Shown: positions 1-9,537 of the stretch, one piece after another
How positions within the stretch are numbered: position 1 is the first letter of the stretch
Layout of the letters: every line of letters starts with the position of its first letter
NCBI RefSeq assembly: GCF_035285525.1
Contig: NZ_JAYKGW010000157.1
Location: 14,711 to 46,710, forward strand
Length of the DNA: 32,000 nt
Reading direction: 5' to 3'
From: Okeania sp.
Lineage (GTDB): Bacteria > Cyanobacteriota > Cyanobacteriia > Cyanobacteriales > Microcoleaceae
Position numbers and translations under genes: made by a program
The notes under the pieces: model-generated
Told to the model about the DNA's origin: nothing
What the model saw: only the letters and a program-made list of their open reading frames with translations
The model's database searches: none

Positions 1-394
1 TTTCTTGATGCAGTTCCAATACCTGACACAAACGAAGTAAAAATACTCGTTCTTTTCCGGAGAAGACCCCATCTACTAAAACTAGATCGGCAGCTAATAT
101 AAAAGCTGTTTCTTTATGCTCCTTATTTAAGGAATCATTAGCTATAGCTACTAAATTATTAATTCCTTTTTCGGTGACTGTATTGAACAACTTATTCAGC
201 ATATTTGTAATCTGTTTTTCTGAATAGCTTTTAAACATTTCCATTTCAGACAAAAGCAACATAACTCGTTCTGTTTCTTCATCTAAAATATAGCCATCTG
301 AAGCAATAGCAGATACTGCAATAGCTGCTATTGCTTCGGGTTGTGAGAATATACCTCGATGTCCATTGTCAAATACCTTATCTAGTAAATTCAT
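1..394 (-). CDS. TerB-like (tellurite-resistance TerB family fold) protein, 5' part only; the ORF runs off the left window edge
   Basis: Absent from the supplied track because it is open at the edge. Own translation from ATG (complement of 392-394): MNLLDKVFDNGHRGIFSQPEAIAAIAVSAIASDGYILDEETERVMLLLSEMEMFKSYSEKQITNMLNKLF...KETAFILAADLVLVDGVFSGKERVFLLRLCQVLELHQE. No stop in 131 codons. Two A-x-(A/V)-DG-x-(I/F)-x3-E half-motifs are typical of TerB/DjlA-N type helical domains. Confidence 0.55.
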   Translation of the reverse strand, partial: MNLLDKVFDNGHRGIFSQPEAIAAIAVSAIASDGYILDEETERVMLLLSEMEMFKSYSEKQITNMLNKLFNTVTEKGINNLVAIANDSLNKEHKETAFILAADLVLVDGVFSGKERVFLLRLCQVLELHQE

Positions 395-467
395 TTTAGG
401 TATTGTCTCCTAATTTATTGTTTTTTGACTTCACTGATAACTGATAACTGAAATTACTAGACGTCCT

Positions 468-650
468 CTACATCTTTTCCCCCCTTCCGAAGGAGGGGTT
501 AGGGGAGATACTTTTATTGGGTTTCCTCCCTCAACCCAACCTACATCTTGTTCCCCCCTTCCGAAGGGGGGGGTTAGGGGGGATACTTTTGTTGGGTTTC
601 CTCCCTCAACCCAACCTACATCTTGTTCCCCCCTTCCGAAGGGGGGAGAT
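468..650. repeat. 75-bp tandem repeat, about 2.4 copies (468-540, 541-615, partial 616-650); each unit holds two hairpin modules
   Basis: Direct reading. The unit is CTACATCTTGTTCCCCCCTTCCGAAGGGGGGGGTTAGGGGGGATACTTTTGTTGGGTTTCCTCCCTCAACCCAAC. It contains the palindromes CCCCCTTCCGAAGGGGG and GTTGGGTT-N9-AACCCAAC. Confidence 0.9.
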
Positions 651-759
651 GAGGTACACCCACACGAGCAACATGCTCCCACTGTAAGGATTTAACTATT
701 TTGTCTTGTACATCATTAGTCCAAAATATACTGTATTTATTAATTGATAAATGAATTCA

Positions 760-3240
760 TTATCCATTATCAAAAGGCAATTTTGGTGGTGGTGGAGGAA
801 CTACCAAGCACTCAACAACTGCTTTATGACTTTCGCGGTCAGTTTGGACTTCTGCCGCGATCGCCTCAAACCTAATTTCCAAACAACCATAAGCAATATC
901 TAAGTCTGTAATTACTTCTACTTCTCCCATTCCATTTGGGATAAAATCAGTTAACCAGCGAGGTCCAGCTACTATTGCTTGAGCTTGGCGATCATAAACC
1001 CATATTTTAACATAAATCCGAGGTAAACCTTCTGGTAATTTCACCCTTACTTTTACTGCTCGTCCGGCAACAATATCTTTGGCCATCAATTCTAAATTAG
1101 GAACTGGCAATGGTTGTTCATCTGATAAAATATAAGGTTTTGTCGAAATAGACTCATCTTTTTGTTGAGAAAGATTATCTAAACCAAAGTCCCATTGGTT
1201 CTCTTGGCCTGGCCAGATTTCTTCTGGTTGTTCATCTTCGACCACAAATTCTTCTGCTTCCCAATTAATTTCATCATTATCCTCACTAGCAAATTCTTCA
1301 TCATCAACCATTACACTAATAGAATCATTATCCTGTAATTCTTCTGTTTTATCTAATTCTGTATTACCCTTGTCCGTTTTCTCAGTTGGTTCCACAGAAG
1401 AAATCTTCATCCATTGCAATAACTCAGAATCGTTAATCAAGGAATTTAAACGAGAAAAGAATCTATCTTCCAAGTTCAAAGCTTTAAATTCGTGATTTAT
1501 AGGAGTAAAGTTTGTGGGAAAGGGTACAAGATTTTGTTTAGTTTCAAGTGTTGCTTCTTTATTAAAAGTTTCTGACTTTGACTCTACTTCTGATTGTAAA
1601 TTTGTCTCTTCTTCAGACGGTTCTGAATCTCTCCAAACATCATCCATTTCATCAGAATCTTTAGTATAATTTGACTTAGCCAAATCATTAATTTTAGTTG
1701 GATTTTTCGCCCTATTACTATTATCCGGTAGTGAATTTCCAAATGTTGGTAATTTTAATATTTCAGAATTTGACTTACCTGTAATAGGTTTGTTTATTTG
1801 TGGTGGTAAAGGTTTTTCTCTATCTGTTTTCTGCTCTGGTTGAGTCTGATTAATTTTTTTGACTAAATCCTGAAAAGAATTATGTTTTTCTTCTGGCTTT
1901 CTTGCTATTAAATTTGTTTTCGGATCAACTATTTCCTGATATTCATCTTCCCAAAAATTATCATCAATTACAGCTAGTAAGTTTTCAACTGAAGCGGTAA
2001 TTGTAAAAGATTGATTTGCTAAAACATTATTATTATTTTTGAGGATAATTTCTCCTAATATTAGACGAGTTTTCATATTTTCTGGCACATTAATTATACA
2101 GGCAAAGAAAATAGGTAAAGCTTGCTCTGGTAAAATTTGTTCTACTTCTATTAAAATTTCTGAAGTTTGAGGATTACGCAAACAAATATTTAAGTTCCCA
2201 TTGATTATGGGAGTATTATTCGTTGCAAGAGCATAATTTTTTTCTGTTAAATTATCCTGGGCAAGTAGATTGTTAAAGCCTTCATTAGATTGAATATTCT
2301 CATCTTGATTATCAATAATTATTTGTCCAGATATAGTTAATGCTTCTCCTGGTTGAGCAATATAAGATAATCTATCTAAAATTAGTTCTAGAGATAAATT
2401 TAGAATAGAGTTAGCTTGAGTATTAGTATTTGTTTCTTGATTTTCTTCTACTTTTATATCTGGCTCTTTCTGCAGTTCCTCCAATATTGATGAGCTATTG
2501 TTCAGGGTTTCAGTTAGTTCTCTTAGTTGACTCTCTATATTTTTAATTTCTTCGTTTTGATTTTGAATGTTTGGTGTTTGCTGTTTATAACTATCTAGTA
2601 AATCAGTCAGATTTTCTATACTTTCTGATTCTTCTGATAATGCTTGTAATTTCTCTTGAATCTGACTGTCTAATAATTCTATTTCATCTGATTTAATTGT
2701 CTCAAGTTTTGGCAACTCAGGATAGTTTTTTCCTATATTTTCTTCTTGATTAATTGTTACTTCATTTTGACCTGAAAAAAACGAAATATTTTCATTAGTT
2801 ATCAAATTCTTTAGCTCAGGTTCAGTATCTTTTACTTTATATAATTCTTGACTTTGTGGTTCTAGTTGTTGTGAAAAATCTGAACTATCCCAGTCATTAG
2901 ACAATACTTCTAGATAGACAATATGTTCTCTTGTTTCTATTGATGATGTGGTTGGTTTAGCTAAACAGCGAAACTCCCACTTACCTGGTTTGAGTCTGGT
3001 AAATGGAATAATAGATATGAGACCTTGAGAGCGAGTACGACTAGAACGTTTATGAACTCGCCTTATGGGAGGGATTTCTTCATTAGAATTATGAATAATC
3101 TGAATTTGGACTTCTGTATTAGCTATATGAGTATTCGCAACTATCCGATAGCGACCCTCTAGAATTTCCACATCGGCTAATTCTAAGGGTAGCCAGGTTT
3201 GGTCTCCCTCTTTCTGTAGCAAAAATTCCCAGTCTGACAT
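760..3240 (-). CDS. Hypothetical protein, 826 aa: structured N- and C-terminal modules joined by a ~600-aa acidic, E/N/Q/S-rich low-complexity region
   Basis: Long uninterrupted ORF in the track. Ordered-looking ends (MSDWEFLLQKEGDQTWLPLELADVEILEGRYRIV... and ...VKVRVKLPEGLPRIYVKIWVYDRQAQAIVAGPRWL...) flank a compositionally biased middle. I recognise no catalytic motif. Confidence 0.8.
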   Translation of the reverse strand: MSDWEFLLQKEGDQTWLPLELADVEILEGRYRIVANTHIANTEVQIQIIHNSNEEIPPIRRVHKRSSRTRSQGLISIIPFTRLKPGKWEFRCLAKPTTSSIETREHIVYLEVLSNDWDSSDFSQQLEPQSQELYKVKDTEPELKNLITNENISFFSGQNEVTINQEENIGKNYPELPKLETIKSDEIELLDSQIQEKLQALSEESESIENLTDLLDSYKQQTPNIQNQNEEIKNIESQLRELTETLNNSSSILEELQKEPDIKVEENQETNTNTQANSILNLSLELILDRLSYIAQPGEALTISGQIIIDNQDENIQSNEGFNNLLAQDNLTEKNYALATNNTPIINGNLNICLRNPQTSEILIEVEQILPEQALPIFFACIINVPENMKTRLILGEIILKNNNNVLANQSFTITASVENLLAVIDDNFWEDEYQEIVDPKTNLIARKPEEKHNSFQDLVKKINQTQPEQKTDREKPLPPQINKPITGKSNSEILKLPTFGNSLPDNSNRAKNPTKINDLAKSNYTKDSDEMDDVWRDSEPSEEETNLQSEVESKSETFNKEATLETKQNLVPFPTNFTPINHEFKALNLEDRFFSRLNSLINDSELLQWMKISSVEPTEKTDKGNTELDKTEELQDNDSISVMVDDEEFASEDNDEINWEAEEFVVEDEQPEEIWPGQENQWDFGLDNLSQQKDESISTKPYILSDEQPLPVPNLELMAKDIVAGRAVKVRVKLPEGLPRIYVKIWVYDRQAQAIVAGPRWLTDFIPNGMGEVEVITDLDIAYGCLEIRFEAIAAEVQTDRESHKAVVECLVVPPPPPKLPFDNG

Positions 3241-3670
3241 CTACGGCTACAGCTTTACTTTACAAAATATATTTTTCTAAGTTTATCTCAGATTGTTGAT
3301 TATCTAGATAAATTTTAGATATTAAAGTTATAATTTTTTTAATCTTAATATTTGATTTATTTTTACTTATCACAAATAGTTACTTTTGTCAAATATATTT
3401 TTCTAAAACTATGACTAAAACTGGACTTTAGACTAAATGTATTAGTGTAAATTTGTAGTGGACTGTTTCACTTGAAAAATGGTGCCATAAGTTTAGGTTG
3501 GGTTATTTGCGTGAGCGTTGCGTTGGCTTTAGCATGGCAAAGCAAAGCATGAGACCGAAACTCAATAATAATTTTTATTCTCTATTACCCTAATACAAAA
3601 AAGGTTTTAACCTTACTTTTCACTCCTTTAGACAGATTTGGTATAAAATTGTCAGGACTTACCCAGAAAC

Positions 3671-4141
3671 CTGGTTAATTAATGAAATTTCCTGATTTAT
3701 TTGAAAGACTAAATCTTAAAGAAACCCATCTGGCTTTTTGGTTGGTTTGTGTAACTCCTGATTTCTGAAATTTCCTGATTTATTTGAAAGGCTAAATCTT
3801 AAAGAAATCAATTTGGCTTTTTGGTTGGTTTGTGTAACTCCTGATTTCTGAAATTTCCTTACTTATTTGAAAGGCTAAATCTTAAAGAAATCAATTTGGC
3901 TTTTTGGTTAATTAATGAAATTTCCTGATTTATTTGAAAGACTAAATCTTAAAGAAATCCATCTGGCTTTTTGGTTGGTTTGTTTAACTCCTGATTTCTG
4001 AAATTTCCTGATTTATTTGAAAGGCTAAATCTTAAAGAAATCAATTTGGCTTTTTGGTTAGTTTGTGTAACTCCTTACTTATTTGAAAGGCTAAATATGA
4101 AAGAAATCCATCTGGCTTTTTGGTTGGTTTGTGTAACTCCT
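3671..4141. repeat. Non-coding tandem array of an 83-bp unit, about 6 units (two truncated to 67-74 bp), with a 233-bp higher-order period
   Basis: Unit starts (AAATTTCCTGATTTATTTGAAAG...) read at 3685, 3768, 3851, 3918 and 4001, with a 5'-truncated unit at 4075. The variant junction GGTTAATTAATG occurs at 3671-3684 and 3906-3917, and the spacing of AAATTTCC starts 3685 to 3918 is 233 bp. No ORF in any frame. Confidence 0.92.
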
Positions 4142-4235
4142 AATTGCCTATGAGGTAAATATTTACTGTTAAAATAAAATTCCATTTCCCTACACTTTAT
4201 CAAAACCCAAAGTTTCATTAATAAAAACTAACTCT

Positions 4236-5693
4236 CTAAATTTGAGGTTGATATTTGTACCAATCATTAGATTGTTCATAAACATGAGCAACTTCAAATA
4301 ATAAAGATTCTTTCAAAACATTACTAATAAATTGCATACCAATAGGTAAACCTTTTTCATCAAAACCACAAGGTAAACTCAAAGCAGGTAAACCAGCCAA
4401 ATTAACTGGAATAGTCATTAAGTCAGACAAATACATATTCAGTGGATCGTTAGTTTTTTCACCCACCTTAAATGCTGTAGTTGGAGCAGTGGGGCACGCC
4501 AAAATATCTACTTGAGCAAAAGCCTTATCAAAATCTTCCTTAATTAAAGTTCTAACTTTTTGAGCTTTCAGATAATAAGCATCATAATATCCAGCCGACA
4601 AAGCATAAGTACCAATCATAATTCGGCGCTTAACTTCTGAACCAAAACCTTCAGCACGAGTTTTCCCATACATACTTAAAAGGTTTTCTGAATCAGGAGT
4701 ACGGAAACCATATTTAACCCCATCATAACGAGCTAAATTCGCCGAAGCTTCTGAGGGAGCAATAATATAATAAGTAGGTAAACCATATCTAAATCTAGGA
4801 CAAGAAATTACCTGAATTTCTGCTCCTAACTCTTGCAGTAGTTCCACCGCTTTAGTGAAAGCTGCTAAAACAGATGAATCTAAACCTTCGCCAAAAGTCT
4901 CTTGAATTAGACCAATTCTCAGTTGTCCTCTAGGTCTTAAATTAGGTTTCAGATTTTTCCTGTAATCTGGTATTGGTACATTCAAACTGGTAGAATCCTT
5001 CGGGTCATAACCAGCGATCGCCTGCAATAAAATGGTCGAATCTTCGACAGTTCTACTAAAAGGACCGATTTGGTCCAGAGAAGAAGCATAAGCCACTAAC
5101 CCATAGCGAGAGACCAAGCCATAAGTAGGCTTCATTCCTACCACTCCACAAAAAGATGCTGGTTGACGAATGGACCCACCTGTATCTGAACCTAATGCTA
5201 CTATAGATTCTTGAGATGCCACTGCTGCTGCCGATCCTCCGGAAGAACCTCCAGGTACTCGTTCTACATCCCAAGGATTAGCCGTAATTTGATAGGCCGA
5301 ATTTTCTGTAGAACTGCCCATCGCAAATTCATCCAAATTAGTTTTACCTAAAATTACTGCTCCAGCATCCACAAGTTTTTGAGTCACCGTAGATTCATAA
5401 GGGGGAATAAAATTTTCGAGAATTTTAGAACCACAAGTAGTCGGGATACCTCTAGTACACATATTATCTTTAATGGCAATCGGAATCCCTGCCAGTTGTC
5501 CAATTTTTTCTCCTGCTGCAATTTTGGCATCCACCAGACGAGCTTGAGTAATGGCCTGATCTGCGGTAACACAGATAAAGCTTTTTAACTTTGGCTCTAA
5601 CTGGTTGATGCGTTCCAGAGCTTCTTGAGTAATTTCTACAGCAGAGCGTTCTTTGCTGATTAGTTGTTTATGCAGCTCGCTAATGGATGCCAT
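4236..5693 (-). CDS. gatA: Glutamyl-tRNA(Gln)/aspartyl-tRNA(Asn) amidotransferase subunit A (amidase signature enzyme)
   Basis: 485 aa with canonical GatA sequence throughout: [61 protein letters not shown] (amidase signature Ser-cisSer-Lys region). Confidence 0.97.
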   Translation of the reverse strand: MASISELHKQLISKERSAVEITQEALERINQLEPKLKSFICVTADQAITQARLVDAKIAAGEKIGQLAGIPIAIKDNMCTRGIPTTCGSKILENFIPPYESTVTQKLVDAGAVILGKTNLDEFAMGSSTENSAYQITANPWDVERVPGGSSGGSAAAVASQESIVALGSDTGGSIRQPASFCGVVGMKPTYGLVSRYGLVAYASSLDQIGPFSRTVEDSTILLQAIAGYDPKDSTSLNVPIPDYRKNLKPNLRPRGQLRIGLIQETFGEGLDSSVLAAFTKAVELLQELGAEIQVISCPRFRYGLPTYYIIAPSEASANLARYDGVKYGFRTPDSENLLSMYGKTRAEGFGSEVKRRIMIGTYALSAGYYDAYYLKAQKVRTLIKEDFDKAFAQVDILACPTAPTTAFKVGEKTNDPLNMYLSDLMTIPVNLAGLPALSLPCGFDEKGLPIGMQFISNVLKESLLFEVAHVYEQSNDWYKYQPQI

Positions 5694-6141
5694 GCTTATA
5701 CCGTTATTCCTACAAATTAAAATTTAAAATATTTATGATTATTTTGAGATTCTCGCTGTTAATTATAACAGGAGATTCTTTGGTGGGAGTGAATTTGCGC
5801 AACTGGGAATCACTAGAGAAAAGAATTTATTAGTCTACCCGCATTAACACAAGCTGAATTTTAGCACAAACCTTGTAGATATTTAACGTAAAAAGTTGAT
5901 ATAGCAATTCTTAATATTTGTGACAAAATTTTTAGACTTGGTATGGAGGGAACAGGGAATAGAAAGACCAAATAAAATTATACCTCACAAGCTTAAGAAA
6001 CGCTACAAATATTAAGTTTTAAGTTGAAATTAGATAATTTTACTGATGATAATTTTTTAAATTCAAACTTATATTTTATCCGGAATATGGTACAGATAGG
6101 CTGAGAAACTATGAAGTTCCCACGATTTCTTAGTAAGAGCT

Positions 6142-6597
6142 ATGCCACCAAAAGCTCGTTTGAAAAACTATCTGACTACAGAAGAATTGAAAATTCGCTA
6201 TCGACAAGCTCCAGATACCATCGAATCCCGTCGATGGCATCTCCTGCTTTTAATTGCTCAACAATGGTCTATTAAAAAGGCAGCTCAAGTTATTGGGCTT
6301 AATTATGATTATGCCAAGGAAATTGTTGGACGTTATAACCGAGAAGGACCGGAGTCTGTGAAAAATCGTAGCAAGGATCGTCAACCACCTCCTGCTAAAT
6401 CTTTATTGACTTTTGCTCAACAGCAGGAACTATTAATGGCTTTACAAGGGCCTGCTCCTGATGGTGGGACTTGGTCTGGTCCAAAAGTAGCTCGTTGGAT
6501 AGCTGATAAAACTGGTCGGGATCATGTCTGGCCTCAACGAGGTTGGGATTATCTAAAAAGGTTGGGTATTGACTGGAAGAAAAAAGATCACAAGTAA
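6142..6597 (+). CDS. Stand-alone helix-turn-helix / winged-helix protein resembling the N-terminal DNA-binding part (orfA) of IS630-family transposases; no DDE catalytic domain follows
   Basis: 151 aa. RRWHLLLLIAQQWSIKKAAQVIGLNYDYAKEIVGRYNREGPESV is HTH-like, and LLTFAQQQELLMALQGPAPDGGTWSGPKVARWIADKTGRDHVWPQRGWDYLKRLG is the second winged-helix typical of IS630 N-termini. The next 1.1 kb has no ORF. Confidence 0.5.
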   Translation: MPPKARLKNYLTTEELKIRYRQAPDTIESRRWHLLLLIAQQWSIKKAAQVIGLNYDYAKEIVGRYNREGPESVKNRSKDRQPPPAKSLLTFAQQQELLMALQGPAPDGGTWSGPKVARWIADKTGRDHVWPQRGWDYLKRLGIDWKKKDHK

Positions 6598-6619
6598 GTA
6601 TTTCCTCTGGAATGCTTAC
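6594..6619. repeat. 26-bp palindromic mini-element (GTAAGTATTTCC-TCT-GGAATGCTTAC): two termini of the GTAAGCATTC repeat family back to back
   Basis: Direct reading. The TAA stop of the 6142-6597 ORF (6595-6597) lies inside the left arm. The 8-bp flanks GATCACAA and AATAACAA match 6/8. Confidence 0.7.
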
Positions 6620-7027
6620 AATAACAAAGACAACAATAACTGATAATTATTAACCTAGTTTTGGAACCTAAAATTATTAATAAAAACTATATATAAATGA
6701 TTTAATTGGCAATGTATTTTGTAAGCATTTAGTCTTCAGCTATTTAGGCTTTTCTGAATAAATATAAAAGCTTTTAGATATAAAGTTTTGAGGATTTTTA
6801 GGTAGGTCAAAAGTGCAAATTCTGAGGTTGGGAAAGCACGGTTCCCGAAAAATCCTAAATTTAGGATTTTCCCCTAACTATGGCAGAAAATAAAGGGATA
6901 ATTTTTATGATTATATCCTCTATAAATCTTGATTCTTTTTGATTCTGTAGAGACCTTGGGTAAAGGTTTCCCTACCTACTTCCTACTACCTCTCTCAATC
7001 AAAAGACTTTTTCAGTAATACCTATGT

Positions 7028-7195
7028 ATTTGAGTTTGATAAAAAAGCTTTATTGGTTGAAGTAAATTCAATTTTACTATCAAAGAAGACTTTAAAGGTT
7101 ATTTTCATTGAAAGCTATTTTCAAGTTTAGATTAGGATTTGCTGTTGGCGCGACATTCCGCAAAAATAGCCGACAGTTAATAGCTGAATGCTTAC
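7028..7195 (-). mobile_element. Partial, inverted copy of the MITE-like element seen at 11348-11527 (one terminus present, ending ...AATAGCTGAATGCTTAC at 7195)
   Basis: The reverse complement of 11400-11500 aligns by eye with 7028-7110 (...TACTATCAAAGAAGACTTTAAAGGTTATTTTCATTGAAAG...). The terminus GCTGAATGCTTAC is at 7183-7195. Confidence 0.6.
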
Positions 7196-7776
7196 TGTAT
7201 TTTTTTTAAAATATTTTGTAATTATTCAGTCGTCAACTATGAGTTATTAGCTTTATTAACTATGATTTAAATTCAAGATTAGCTTTTTTTTATTCAATTA
7301 TCTACTTGAAAATATGTAAGGATTCATCCTTCAGCTATTAGCTATCAACTATTTGTAATTCACTCATTATTCCACTAGAGGAGCATTATCCATAAAGGAA
7401 TATTCATGGTTATTTTGGTACAGTATTCCGTAGGAAATGAAATTGGTAATAAAACCTAACCTTAGTCATTACTTCCCACATTCAAAAGCTGATAGCTGAA
7501 TGCTTATGAAAATATAGTAGAACACAAGAATGAATCGACCAAGAGAAAATTAACTTGAGTATTTCAAGCCTCTGGCTTAAGTAAGAGGTAATGATAACTG
7601 ATAACTGAAATGACAGATTATGGCTAAATGCTTAACATTAAATCAAATACTTTTCCGGAATCATAGTAAAAATATTGAGAAATTAGATGAAGGTTTTATT
7701 AACCATAATTATTCATGAATTATCAATTATTAATTTAGTAAAACCTGAAATAAAAATATCTCAATATTTAGTAGCT

Positions 7777-8472
7777 ATGAAAATCAATATTTGCACAAAA
7801 ATCATCCTAGCATTTGCCTTATGTTTTGGGATTAATTTAACTCTCAATAATTCCGCTTTTGCTAGACCAAAGCCTCAATTAATTTGTGAATTAAAACCGC
7901 AATTATGTCAAGAAAACCAAGAAACTGTGTGTAAAGAAAATGAAAGTTGCCATCAAAAAGCACTAGAAAGTTGCCAGCAACATAATCCAAATTCCTGCGA
8001 AAAAACACAGTCTGTAGTTGAAGAAATTCGACCTGAAATTCGACCTAATAAATTTTATTGTGAACAAGGTAAAAATGGTATTCCAACTACTTTTGTTAAA
8101 ACACCACAAGGTACTTATCCAGTCATTCGTTGGGTTTCTAATTATTTCTTATCTGCTGGATATACTCCCATGACTCGTTGTCGTCAAGTATCAAATAAAT
8201 TTCAATTATTCTATGATGATGAGAGACTAAATTACATTACGACTGGCATTGTTAATCGTCAACCAGTTGTTTGTGTTTCTAGTAAAAATGGTGGTCCTTG
8301 TCAAGGAGTATTATTTACTCTTAAACCACAACAAAATGCTAGTCAAACAATTCAAAAATTATTTGATATTCGAGTTGGTGCTTCTACAGGTCCCCTGTAT
8401 GAAAGTAGTTCCCGTTTCTATTTAAACTTCAATGATTATTTAAAGAGTTTAGCAAACCAGAGAATGGAGTAA
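7777..8472 (+). CDS. Secreted COP23-domain protein (circadian oscillating polypeptide COP23 family) with a Cys-rich N-terminal segment
   Basis: Part of track ORF 7687-8472. I prefer the ATG at 7777 because MKINICTKIILAFALCFGINLTLNNSAFA is a classic signal peptide (AFA-RP). The C-terminal 130 aa (FYCEQGKNGIPTTFVKTPQGTYPVIRWVSNYF...TPMTRCRQVSNKFQ...NRQPVVCVSSKNGGPCQGVLFTLKP) matches my memory of the COP23 domain pattern. Confidence 0.7.
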   Translation: MKINICTKIILAFALCFGINLTLNNSAFARPKPQLICELKPQLCQENQETVCKENESCHQKALESCQQHNPNSCEKTQSVVEEIRPEIRPNKFYCEQGKNGIPTTFVKTPQGTYPVIRWVSNYFLSAGYTPMTRCRQVSNKFQLFYDDERLNYITTGIVNRQPVVCVSSKNGGPCQGVLFTLKPQQNASQTIQKLFDIRVGASTGPLYESSSRFYLNFNDYLKSLANQRME

Positions 8473-8475
8473 TAT

Positions 8476-9414
8476 TTGGTGAGTCTGCGATCGCTAATTT
8501 TAGCAACTTATATTAATAGTGGTTTATTTTTTTTGCCTATACAAATGTTGCCTCAAAAGTTTTCTGAGTTGGAAAGTTTGGCAACTCAAATCCCAATTCA
8601 AAATTGTGTTGAATGTAATAATTTTTGCACGATTAAAGAACTTAAAAGTATAGCTAAATCTATCACTGTTAAGATTATTTCGGAAACTGGTTGGGGGTCA
8701 GGAATTATTTTGAAACAGGAGGGAGAAGTTTATACAGTTATTACGAATCAGCACGTTTTAAATACTAATAATAACTCTTATCTTATTCAGACTCCAGATG
8801 GTATTTTTTATCAGGCAAATAAAATAGAAAATGAAAATTTTCAAGGAAATGATTTGGCTTTATTAGAATTTCGCAGCACTCACTCAATTTATGCTGTTGC
8901 TTCTCTGGAAAATTCTACTACTCTTTCTCTAGGAGATAAAACTTTTGCTGCTGGTTTTCCTACTTTGGAAAAATCTGAAGACACAGAATTTTTATTGACT
9001 AGAGGAAGAGTTTCAATTTTGTCTAAGCAACCTTTAGAAAAGGGTTATCAAGTTGGCTACACTAATGTTGTTAAAAAGGGTATGAGTGGGGGTCCTTTAC
9101 TGAATATTTACGGACAAGTAGTTGGTATTAATGGAATGCACGCTTATCCTTTATGGGGAAATCCTTATGTATATCGTGATGGTTCTGAACCAACTTTAAC
9201 TTTGCGTCAAAAAATGAGTCATTTAGCATTTGCTATTCCTATGGAAACTGTGGCTAAGTTGGCTCCAAATTTTGCATCTATATCGACTATTAAATTTGAT
9301 GAAACTGTTAGTATTAAATTTTTAAATTATTTGTTTTTTGATGATTTTGGTGAATTACTGAACTGGCAGTTTTATCCATATATTTTGTCTACTTCGTGTC
9401 ATGGAAATAGTTGA
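8476..9414 (+). CDS. Trypsin-like (S1/chymotrypsin fold, Trypsin_2-type) serine protease
   Basis: His/Asp/Ser triad motifs are in order: VITNQHVL, GNDLALLEF, KKGMSGGPLL. It starts 3 nt after the COP23 stop. The exact start is uncertain (TTG 8476, GTG 8479, or an internal ATG). Confidence 0.8.
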   Translation: MVSLRSLILATYINSGLFFLPIQMLPQKFSELESLATQIPIQNCVECNNFCTIKELKSIAKSITVKIISETGWGSGIILKQEGEVYTVITNQHVLNTNNNSYLIQTPDGIFYQANKIENENFQGNDLALLEFRSTHSIYAVASLENSTTLSLGDKTFAAGFPTLEKSEDTEFLLTRGRVSILSKQPLEKGYQVGYTNVVKKGMSGGPLLNIYGQVVGINGMHAYPLWGNPYVYRDGSEPTLTLRQKMSHLAFAIPMETVAKLAPNFASISTIKFDETVSIKFLNYLFFDDFGELLNWQFYPYILSTSCHGNS

Positions 9415-9537
9415 ATAATTAATAATTACCTCTTCTTATTTAATAAGTAGAAACTTTTATGGCGCTATAGGCAACATAATTTCTGACTTTCCTCTAGAGA
9501 TAAATTTAGTAAGCAGAAATTTTTATTATAAAAAAAT

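Noticed and set aside
431-682. 83-aa ORF on the minus strand
   Set aside because: It is entirely the translation of a 75-bp tandem hairpin repeat. It has an internally duplicated G/P-rich peptide and no plausible start context.
3481-3560. Locally GC-richer patch (GGTGCCATAAGTTTAGGTTGGGTTATTTGCGTGAGCGTTGCGTTGGCTTTAGCATGGCAAAGC) as a possible tRNA or small structured RNA
   Set aside because: I could not fold a cloverleaf or find T-loop/anticodon features by eye. Part of it resembles the GGTTGGGTT hairpin repeat family, so it is more likely a degraded repeat.
3671-4141. Possible CRISPR array
   Set aside because: The units are contiguous 83-bp repeats with no unique spacers, there are no cas genes in the window, and the repeat is far longer than CRISPR repeats.
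5056-5588. Three short ORFs (5056-5274 -, 5379-5588 +, 5384-5572 -) inside gatA
   Set aside because: They are shadow or alternative-frame ORFs fully embedded in a confidently identified conserved gene, and their peptides are low-complexity or odd in composition.
6142-6597. An active IS630 insertion sequence
   Set aside because: There is no DDE transposase ORF and no recognisable terminal inverted repeats flanked by TA. Only the DNA-binding N-terminal part is present.
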